A DNA stretch of 64,000 nt from Takakia lepidozioides (lineage: Eukaryota > Plantae > Bryophyta): contig CM060732.1 in the NCBI GenBank assembly GCA_030704615.1, positions 22,134,001 to 22,198,000 of the forward strand, read 5' to 3'. Under the pieces are notes generated by a model that did not search any database, had not been told where the DNA came from, and was given only the letters and a program-made list of their open reading frames with translations. Made by a program: the position numbers and the translations under genes. Shown here one piece after another: positions 53,977 through 64,000 of the stretch (its first letter is position 1; each line of letters begins with the position of its first letter).

Positions 53977-54170
53977 CAGTGTTGGTCTGGTATCACGTTT
54001 AGGACATACCAACACGGGTACGAAGTACAAAATGTTCATACCGTCTCGTATGTATAATGGAAAATGTACTTTTTCCTCCATACGGGTATGAATACACACT
54101 ATCATGATATACCAGCTGGTCTCAGGTATTAATACTGGTATCATTCAAACGCCATTTCTAATTAGACATT
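53977..54170 (+). mobile_element. hAT-like terminus with ATACC/GGTAT subterminal repeats, upstream of the second LINE
   Basis: CAGTGTTGGTCTGGTATCA is 17/19 identical to the terminus at 4683 (-); 8-nt flank CTTTAAAC fits nTnnnnAn. Confidence 0.6.
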
Positions 54171-54926
54171 TATCAGATATCAAGTATCTAGAAGAAAAAC
54201 AAATTAAAAAAAACCTTATAAAGTCCAATCCAATGTATATATAATATACACACAATACACATATAATTTGAAAATATGTGTACACTACTAATATCACAAG
54301 TAGAATATATGAAGAATGGAGGACAGAGCGATATAGGAGCTCCGCAGTTTGCGATCAGAGAGAGAGAGACCCCCAACGGTACTCTCTTCGTCTCTCTCGT
54401 TACCCTCAGCGATCGGTTCTGGTTCAACAACTCTCACAGTTCATTTGGTTTGGTATTCCTTCTCTATTCCTTGCCTTCTTTGCATCGACTATAGTTGATT
54501 TTGCATGCTGGAAGGCAATAGCCCTTGTGGTGAAGAGACACCATAATTTACGCTTCCTTCGGGAGGCGTCTATATTTATTTATTTATTTTTGATTTTGCA
54601 CTTGCATTTCATCATTCTTATACTAAATCATCACTTTCACATCTAAGTTCATTGTAAGCCCTTCATCGACCTGGCCCTCTATCTTAACTCAATCTCAAGT
54701 ATGCGGCGCCATTCATCAGCTTCAGGCTTCCCACGCCCCAGCTGTCGCCGTCAACTTCAAGTCCTATAATTTCACCCCTGCCACTTGGTCGTGGGCTCCC
54801 CCAACCACCATCCCCGCCATTAATCTACCTCCACTATCTACATTCGCACTCTCGTCCTCGGCTCATTTGATCTCTTCCTCGCTTTGATCTCATCCTCTCT
54901 TAGCTCGCTCTTCACTCTCCCTCATT

Positions 54927-56790
54927 ATGGGCCTGCTCAGCTCATCCCAGCTCAAGCACAATAGCAAAACGTGGAAGCGCCGCTCCCTCTCAGGACCTTC
55001 TAGAATTCCCCACTCGTACTCTCCCCCCGAGCCTTCTTCAGAAACTAACTTCAATTCTGGCCCATCAGGCTCAATCTAGCCTCCCATTTTGCTCGGAGGT
55101 GATGGAGCCCACTCCTACCAGGTAGCCGCTCCGGCCCGAATTGGGATAGCAACGGAAATCCAGCCCTTCATGGATCTGCCTCCCCAAGTTGATCAGCTGG
55201 ACCACATCACTAATAATGTATTGGAGGAGCAAGAGGCGATGAACGGAAACTTTCCAATGATCTCCATGAATATCGCAGACCTGCACAAACGAGTGACAAA
55301 CGTGGGAGAATGCAATCCTAGTTCACTTCCCTGGAAGAAAGGTCATTCGGGCTTATGTGAGAGGCTGGCCCGCCATTCGTCACCTGGGAGGGTCAGGTGA
55401 ATTGAAACAACACTTTTGCAATGCAAAAGGTAGGGGTTTCTTCTCTATTGTCTTTGAATCCCAGGAGGCTGCTGCTCAGGCTTTGAACTTCAATCCCCAC
55501 CTCAAACGTCAGAGAGAGAGAAGACTCCGGCCAAAGCCGGCGTAACTAAGAGCCACTTCGCCTCCCAGCTATTGCCCGTATCTTTCATTGGTCCTCCAAG
55601 ATGGATAACAAGAATGGTAAGTTATGGGGGCCCATGATAGTTTCTGTTCCTTTCATTCCAGATCAGTACCTGTTTAATCTCCCATATATTGCGAAACATT
55701 TCGGGTTGTATCTTCAAGGCTGCATATCAATTTTTGATCCCTTCATGAGCACAGATAACATCAGGAAGGACCCAGCATGGAAATCAGCAACAATTGCTTC
55801 CAGGATAAATGATTTTGGCAATGTCAAATTTGTTATTATGATGCCCAATGAAGACACTCTCCCGCCCTTCGTAAAGTTGCCCAATTGATGACGAAGGCAA
55901 CTATTACACCATCGGGCTTTTGGAAGATACATCATCTCTAGCTTGCTTCAATTGCGGCAAAATAGGTCACATCAAAGCTGAATGCAAGGAAGGGAAAAGG
56001 AAGAGAGTGGGAGGCAGGACCCGCTCTCCCTCCCCCCCACTTATCATCCACTCGGGAGGTTTTATCCCACCCATGGTGCCAATATCTGCAGGTGTGAATG
56101 GGACACCTATCTCTGCAGGTGACCCTGCAAATCTGCTACAATCAAAAGCCCAAAGATGTTGCAGGATTGGAGCCACAGTACACCAGCCCTATACTTCTAG
56201 TACCTAAAAAGCTTAGAAATGCCCCAGACCCTATGAGATTGGAATCTGCAGAAAAGAAAACAACATGGAACCACTACAACAGATTGCGGCTTTCATGATT
56301 GCCATGGGTGTGCAGTCATGGCAGATTTGTGGCAGAAATGCCATTTGCAGTCGTAAATGCCTTTGAAGTCGTAAAGCAAGTTTGGGGAAGGCGTATATGC
56401 GACTGCATGACTCCGGACTCTACTCAACACAAAGACAAATGGATTCCTAGGGGGAGAGGGGGGGGTTTGCATTCACCCACCCCCTCCCCCTCGCGGACAC
56501 GGGTATCCTCCCCAAGGTGCCCCCACAGCCCTCTAAATCTAGACCTTCCTTCCGCACTACCACCTGGCCGGCACCACTAAAGTTTCTTGGGGATCCTTCT
56601 TGGAGATTTTTCTGGGTCTCAGCTGCAACCCTTCAACACACATTCTGGCATTAATGGAAGAAGCAGATATCTATGGTTCTCATCCACTTCTGGGCGCAAT
56701 ATGGGTAAAGAAAAATGTTCTCTCGGAGCCAAGGGGAGCCACCAAACTAAAGCCCAGATACCATGATACCCATACTAATGTCTTCACCAT
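54927..56790 (+). pseudogene. Decayed LINE ORF1, diverged relative of the ORF1 at 1712-3907; interrupted by CACTA sequence
   Basis: Across stops and frameshifts: ILVHFPGRKVIRAYVRGW, HFCNAKGRGFFSIVF, RIFHWS, VPFIPDQYL, IAKHFGLY, FVIMMP...VKLP, CFNCGKIGHIKAEC, AIWVKKNV, all colinear with the left ORF1. Confidence 0.85.
56272..56420. mobile_element. Orphan CACTA terminus fragment
   Basis: CACTACAACAGAT at 56272 followed by AGTCATG/AGTCGTA/ATGACT repeats; no closing TAGTG. Confidence 0.55.
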
Positions 56791-59700
56791 CACTACAAGA
56801 GATGAGCGTTTTTAGGACTACGGCTTTGGCGGAGTCATAGAAACTGCACTAGGTACATGACTACAGAGCGCTGAAATGCATTACAGTTTTAGTTTTATGA
56901 CTTTGTAGTAATGGATATCACTACATGACTCCGGAAAGTTAGGGAGCATTGGTCAAACATTGTTGACCATGATGACAGGGATGGTTTATATGACTAGTGT
57001 GATATGTTTGACTACACGTGGACGACGTTTCATGGAATCTTCTGACTCCATGACTGAAGATGGTTTCATAGCTCTATTTATACGACTACATCACTACACG
57101 TGTCATTTTGAAGGCACATATAATGCAAATAAGGTTGCCCATTAGGTTTAAAAAAGTTAAAAAATTACTAATAAGGTTGCCCATTAGTGTAATCATGAAC
57201 AGAAAGGAGGGCTGGGACTTGGCGTTTTTTTGTCTCCTGCGCCACACCACATAGCTGAGGGATGGAACGCGATGATAGCATGATATGCAGGGGCATGGGA
57301 TGGAGGCGTTGAGCAAATGATGCACGAAGGAGAAAAGGAGGAGGAGACGAGACGAGGAGAAGCGAGCTCGCCGTTCTTGGGAGAGTCAGCTTGGTCTTAG
57401 CAATCGTGTTTCAATCTCTGACTACTCATCTACGCCGTAGTGGTTCGATCTCACAGACCAATCCGACATTACCTGACTACAGAAACCAGCAGCACACACA
57501 AGAGGTCATCGGTCAAATCCTCCATAGGTCAGGACAGGTCAAGGACAATGTGGTAGGGCACCTTCTTCTTCAACCTATTTCAGCCTGTGTTGCCCTCTCA
57601 TCAGACTCGGCCGCAAGATGCATATTGAATTTTGTAAGTTAGGTCGTTGGGTAGATCTCTGGTGGTTTGGAGTGACTTTGGCAAGTTACTGCCAGTGTGG
57701 CAGCAGGGAAGTATCCAAAAACATATAATAGAGGTGAGGAGAAGCTTTGGGGTGAACACTTTCCGACCCCAATGGTGGGACAATGGAGACAAAAAGGCGA
57801 ATGCTTGTTGGACTACAGAGAGAAGCAGATGCATTTCAGATTGTGATAAGTAGGGTTGGGGTGTTTTGGGGAAGAACTCCACACCAGTATGGTTGGGGTG
57901 TTTGCTGGTAGAATTGTAGGTTGTCAGAGGCATGGATAGCTGAAGGAGCAAGGATAGAGTGTGGGTCCAGATTCATCCAAGAGGGCTGGATTTCAAGCTC
58001 CACATTACCTATGATTCCCTGTGGAATGATAGTTACAAGAAACCTACATGGGTAGATGGTCAACTAGAAGCGGCATGCTGTACTATATGTCATTATTGTA
58101 CTATATGTCATTCCAGAGACTGTCATTGTTGGTCCATGTGTTTTACAACAATGCTATCAATATAAGACTTCTGGTTCGCATTGGAAGCTCAATCCCTGTA
58201 AGTTCATTGTGTGTGAAGCTCAAACTTGTGATTTGAAGGATCTTGTAGCCAAGTTCATTCAACCGGAAAGGAAAAATTCTGAAAGCTCCCAAATTTGATG
58301 TGGGCAAGCTTATGGAGGTAAGACTTAGCTTCCCTTCTCTAATGTAAGTGTTGGATAAGTTTCATTTAGTGTCGACCTTCACTGCATATATTGGCTCTTT
58401 TCTTGGCTGGTTTCATATTTTCTTGGCTGGTATGCTGTTGGTTGGCTTCTTTCATTTCACGTGTGTAGTGGAAGGGGAGAAGTACTTTCCTAAGTTCTGC
58501 TGCAACAATGTCTTTTTCCAGCCTAGATGTTTTCGATGGATACAAATTGAAGTGCTTCGAATGTTGCTGCAATACTATAATAAAGTGGAGGGTGTTGAAT
58601 GCAGTTGGCCTTGCTTCGTGCAGGCATAATCCAGGGAAATGTGGACATAGCTGAAACCCCATGATAGCATTTCCAGAGGACGGTGTGGATGGCCTCACAA
58701 TCCAGCATGCAAAATCCATGACAATGTGGAGATGGTTGAATGGGCAAACAGGTTAAGTGGCGAACAAGCCACATCACTGGTACATAGTTGCATGCTTACA
58801 TAGTACATGAAAGCGTACTATATGTCATTCCCGAAATTGACCATGTTGGTCCATGTATTTTACAACAATGCTATCAATAAAAGACCAATGGTTCGCATTG
58901 GAAACTCTATCCCCGTAAGTGGCTTGTGCGTGATGCTCAAACTTGCGATTTGAAGGATCTTATATCCCAGTTCATTGCAGAGGTGATTGGAAAAGACATT
59001 GAGAAGGCAACAGCCGTTATCTATAATCTACAGATCCCCTTCAATTTGATGTGGGAAAGCCGGCTGGCTGGAGGTCTAGTCTCACTTTCACTCATCTAAT
59101 GTCAGTGTTGTATCCATTGCAATGTGGAGATGTTTGAAACAACATTGGAGCATTTCCAGAGGATGGTCTGGATGGCCTTTCGTGGCGTGTGCCGAATCCA
59201 TGGCAAGAAAACATTGCAGGCAGAACCCATGGCAATGGTACCAGCACACGTTGGTCCAAAGCCAATTGCAACAACAAATGAATAAAAGGGTGTTGAAAGG
59301 AAAACACTCCATAATTGATCATAAAATCCAGTGTCCAAGCATGATATCTTAATGGGAATGCGAAGGGAGTGTTACCACCTTAAACTATCATGCATGGTCT
59401 ATAACTGGAGTGCACAAATCGCGCATATCTAATCTTCATCATCCTCATCTATGTCTGGTCACTACATGTATCACTGTCTTCATCACAGACTTGATCTTGT
59501 CCAAGGGTTGGCTGAACATCATCACCACGTATACAGGGTGCTCGGAGGTACAAGGAGGCCACCTGCTCTGGAGTAACCGGTACCGCTCGGCTGCATGTTG
59601 GGCCATCAGTAACCAGAGTCTCCTCTAGTCTTTGTGGGGCTAACAATCATTCCACTTCCGCCACATCATCATTATCAATTGATATGTCGCAGACCACTCT

Positions 59701-62700
59701 ATGTGCTTGGGGGCTCTTCTCCAGGACGACTTTCCACCCCGGCTCCTTCACACAATCAGAAAAAAAACACTTGATCAACATGGCCAGGAAACACAAAAGG
59801 TTGCTCAGAAGGTGGAAGCATACGGTTAAAATTGACAAGTGTGAAGCCAGCATCATCCTGCTTCATTGACATAGGTTGACGACCCACGTGACTCGCCCGT
59901 ACCCACGAACACAAAAACACTATAGGCTGTGTTTGGCCATAGTCAATTTGCAAAATCTCCCTTATAAGACCCACATATCTTGTAGGTTCCTCCATGTCAT
60001 TGCCTGAATTGTTGGTAATGGGCTGGTGCTGAAAAACAGATGAGACTCCACAATCAAAAGACACCATACTTGTTGTGTTCATGCCGGGGGATGTAACCCT
60101 GTAATGGTTACCATACGTTGTCATACTCTTGAATGACAGGGCAGTAAATGATGGAGGCCTTGAAAGATCCAGTAATTCCTCACGTGTTGTAGGATCAAGC
60201 ACATCTGATTGAATTGAGAGATGATCCCGTACACCTTGAGGGAGCCAAACAGCAAATGGAGGACAAGGATGCAAATCAGGAGGGTACTGAATTGTCGTGG
60301 GATTGCTCATGCCTTCCAGCCCTTGCTCCTCACGAAACAAGCGTCGTCTGGCTTCTATCCGTGTGGACTCTGCTTCATATATCTTGTCACAATCCGAGGG
60401 TCAGCCAGGAGATTGATAGAGGTGGCGTGGGAGATTTGAAAAGACGCCATATGTCAACTAATGATAAATGACTAAAACTTGGAAATCTGAATGTCAATGA
60501 AGTAGATTTCTTACCCCAACATGACTGACAGACGAGGATGGTTCTGAATGATGTACTCATGTACAATATCACACAAGTCATTCAATTTTCGGGCTTTAGA
60601 ATTTCCTTCCACAACTTCACGTTCCACAGATTCTGCCTCATCTGCATCCCACACCCTTCGTACACTTCCATCAAATCCTGCCATATACTCTGTGCAAAAA
60701 CCCAATGCTTCTTCAAATTGGTATCCTTCTGCCATGCTCCCCTCGGGCCTTGTCATGTTTCTTACGTAGCTCTTCATATCTTTCATTGCCCGCTCCATGG
60801 GGTACATCCAACGAGATGCTACGGACCCGCATAAGTACAACTCATCCACTAGGTGAACAACCAGATGTGTCATCACATCAAAAAATGATGGTGGGAACTC
60901 CTTCTCTATAAGACACAGAGTGAGAACTGCTTCAGTTCTCAATTCCTCATACTCTACAGGATTCACCACTTTTGCACACAACTTCTTAAATACACGACAT
61001 ACTCGCAAAATGGCCCTTCGAGGACCACTTGGCATGAGCCCACGGATAGCAAGCGGTATAATTTGCTGCATGAGCACATGATAGTCATGTGATTTCATGC
61101 CAGACAACTTCTTCTTCACCACATGCTTTTTGAAAGCTGATGCGTAGCCTATTGGCACTTTCTAGTTCTGCACAATCTCCAGAAAGACTTGTAACTCAGC
61201 CTCAGTGAGGACATAAGGGGCAGGAGGCATAATTAACGTATCTGCTCTGTCAGGATCACGTTGTAGCCACAATTCCGGGTGCATCCCAAGTAGCTCCAAA
61301 TCACGGCGAACTTTCAATGTGTCTTTCTCACCAAAGATAGTTTTAATAATATTTTCAGCCAAGTTCTTCTCGCAATGCATTGCGTCAAACGTGTGGCGGA
61401 TGAGGAGACCCTACAAAATGAACACATAAGCAATTGAGCATTTACTCATCACAATTTAAACAGAAAACGCAAAAATGTACACAGCCAATTTAAAGGCCAT
61501 GAAGGAATTACCTCCCAATAAGGTAAGACATATAAAATTGACAATCGCTTAACTCCATGAGTTTTTGCTGGGTCTGTCTTGCTATCTGGCGTCCCTCCGT
61601 TTTCCACCCATGGAGTGCGAGTTGTTGCAAGCTCCTTGATTTGTGTTCCAGTCTGCGTTTTTGGAGGAGTTCCATGCTCAGTAGCGCCATTGAACATTCT
61701 TGACCTTCTATATGTATGATTGCGGGCCAAAAATCTTCGGTGGCCTAGGAAAACAATTTTTCCACATGTGTGTAAGTGCTGTGAAGTCACCCCGGGTCCA
61801 CAAGCTGGACAACCAGCATAACCTTTCGTCACTTGATCTGAGAGCAAGCCATATGCAGGGTAGTCATGGATTGACCACATCAACACTGCCCTCAGTGTGA
61901 ATTCGCGTTGACCACGAGGACGGGAAACATCATGAGCTGCAATCCCTCTCCATAGTTCCAGTAGCTCTTCCACTAGGGGCATCAGGTAAACATCTACGTT
62001 GTCCGAGGTAACAGACTCCTTACCAGGAATCAGTAGCGCTAACATGACAAAGAACTTTTTGGTCATTAACCACGGAGGCAGATTGTAATTGACCAAGAGA
62101 ACGGGCCATGTGCTCCAACTTGTGGATTGAGCTCCGTAGGGATTTACACCGTCTAAGGCCAATCCAAACCGCAAAGATCGTGGCTCTGCAGAAAAATCCT
62201 CAAATGTGGTGTCAATGTATCTCCATGCTTTGCTATCAGCTGGATGTCGAACCAACCCATCCTGGCTCTTATGTCTGTCGTGCCATGTCATGAGGTTAGC
62301 GATCGATTTACATCGGTACATACGTTTCAACCTTGGAATGACAGGGAAGTGTCGTAATACTTTCTTAGGCACACTTCCACGACCTGGAATGTAACGGGAA
62401 CTGTGGCACACTGGGAAAATGTCTACATTCTCATACTCCCCACGGAAGAGTACACAACCACGCTCACAGGCATGAATCATGGTGTACTGCAATCCCATCT
62501 TGGCAATCATGGTTTTTGCTTCATAGTGAGTTTTCGGCAATGAATTCTCTTTAGGCAAAAAACTCTTACGCAACAATCCCAGAAGCTCATCCACAAATGC
62601 ATTGGTGCACTTGTGGGTAGTGCATGCGTTCAGCAACGTCAAAGTTGTTTGCAGCCGGCTGATGGAGCACCATTCAAAAAGTGAACATTGCGACTGTCGA

Positions 62701-64000
62701 AAGAGTTTATCATACTCGGGATCAACGTGCAGGTGAGCATTCTCATCAAATTCATTGTCTCCGGAATCATCGAGATCATCGTCATGATCGGCAAATGTGT
62801 GATCGGTTCCACCATGAATGAGGTCCTCTCTGTTTGCATTTGCAAAGAGAAATGCTTCCTGCAATGCACGCTGCATTTCTACCTCTAATCCACCACTCTC
62901 ATCTGCGTTCTCTGTGACATTGGGCTCCCGCTGTGTCGCAGGGCCTTCGTCTTCATCATCTGAATATTCACATCCCTGCATCCCAATAGTCATCTTGTGA
63001 GTGGACCAACAACGATATGACATTTGTTCATATTATGACATAGGAGGCACGGTGACGTTGCAGTGATGCAGTCATATTTACGTATGTATCTTATGAATAT
63101 ACACCCAATCAAAACACGACATTTGTAACCATTGAAGTCATAGTTGCAGTCACTTACTTAGTCATATATGACTACATGACTACACATGACCAATGAAAAC
63201 ACGACATGTGCATTAATTAAAGTGATAACGGAAGTGGCGTAGTCATAGTCACGTCTGTATCTTATGACTTCTTGACTACAATCACCCAACGAAATGTCGA
63301 CATATGGAGAAGAGGATCGTTGCATTCAAAAATTCAAACTAAAGTGCTGAAGGGAAAGTGGCGATCTTACCGGAAGATAACAGCGTTGGAGAAGATGATC
63401 CCTCCCATGTATCATGTAATGATTCCTCACTGTTTCCAACAACAGTACTTTTTCTCCATGACACTCATCGCAGTTGCATAGCATTTTTGTATGCCCATTC
63501 CTTGTGGCATAAACTTCTTCCATTCGCCATAGACGGTCATCTATTCTACGCCTACGCATCTGGTCGCCACCTGCACTGTACATGCTTTGAACGACACCCC
63601 TTCCCTCTTTGCATGCTACGCGCAGTGCTTTGTCTCTAGTTTTGCACCAGCTGCCAATGTGCTATTTCTATATCTATAGTATACTATAAGTATCGTTTCT
63701 GAGTGTCCATGGTGAAGCGGAAGGTCTTCGAAGTGACAGTCCCTCTCACTGAGTACGAGAAGTTCCGAGAGCGCCGGATTGCTGCCATAAAGGAGGTAGA
63801 AGCAACGTTCAAGCAGTTGATAGATGGGTGAGTTTAGTTTCTGACTTTGGATACCCACCCACTAAACTTGCGATTCGCCTTATCCTCTAACCTTCCTACA
63901 ACGATCATAAGCTTCATAGCACAAATGGGGGCGAGTAGCTGCGACTTGTACAAACAGAGAGGCAAACAACATGCAGTGAGTGACGATGAGGTTTGAGGAG
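56791..64000 (-). mobile_element. CACTA (En/Spm) DNA transposon; the other end lies beyond the window
   Basis: TIR CACTACAAGAGAT at 56791 (3-nt flank CAT); ATGACT/AGTCAT subterminal repeats at 56810-57100 and 63060-63280; TnpD-like transposase. Confidence 0.92.
59647..63583 (-). pseudogene. CACTA TnpD-like transposase (transposase-associated, Transposase_21, DUF4218, DUF4216 regions), disrupted
   Basis: CNCDEC...HG; LRHFPVIPRL, HPADSKAW, GLALDGVNP, STWPV...YNLPP, DYPAYG; HxxDAMHCEKN; GMKSHDYHVL, FFDVMTHL...RWMYPMER...EGSM; EQPFVFP...QVFF. In-frame TAG at 61162-61164 and a frameshift in the A-run at ~59760. Confidence 0.93.

Noticed and set aside
57391-58050. Captured host gene fragment (F-box-like) within the CACTA
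   Set aside because: Only short stop-interrupted peptides and no recognisable domain.

Overview
Eukaryotic, intron-containing land-plant nuclear DNA; a non-seed plant is my inference and the species cannot be determined. A gene-dense core (~4.9-53.5 kb) holds nine spliced genes: an AlkB-family 2OG-Fe(II) dioxygenase, a conserved uncharacterised plant gene, ubiquitin-RPL40, an amino-acid permease (AAP) with two GC-AG introns, a seven-transmembrane protein, CCB1, MED7, a CAF1-like CRM splicing factor and a two-TM protein with an SPRPQFL motif. Mobile DNA lies at both ends and in an island at ~18-25.6 kb: a near-intact L1/Tx1-type LINE on the left, a TA-flanked MITE containing a tRNA-derived SINE, and on the right a decayed related LINE interrupted by a CACTA transposon. 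Two observations stand out. (1) Both diverged LINEs sit in the same orientation just inside homologous hAT-like termini (CAGTGTTGG...) and share a palindromic leader motif, suggesting a Tx1-like LINE/DNA-transposon partnership in a plant. (2) The 7TM protein resembles the receptor half of plant 7TM-RGS1 but carries a coiled-coil tail in place of the RGS box. Exon models were read by hand and family assignments rest on remembered motifs, not database searches.
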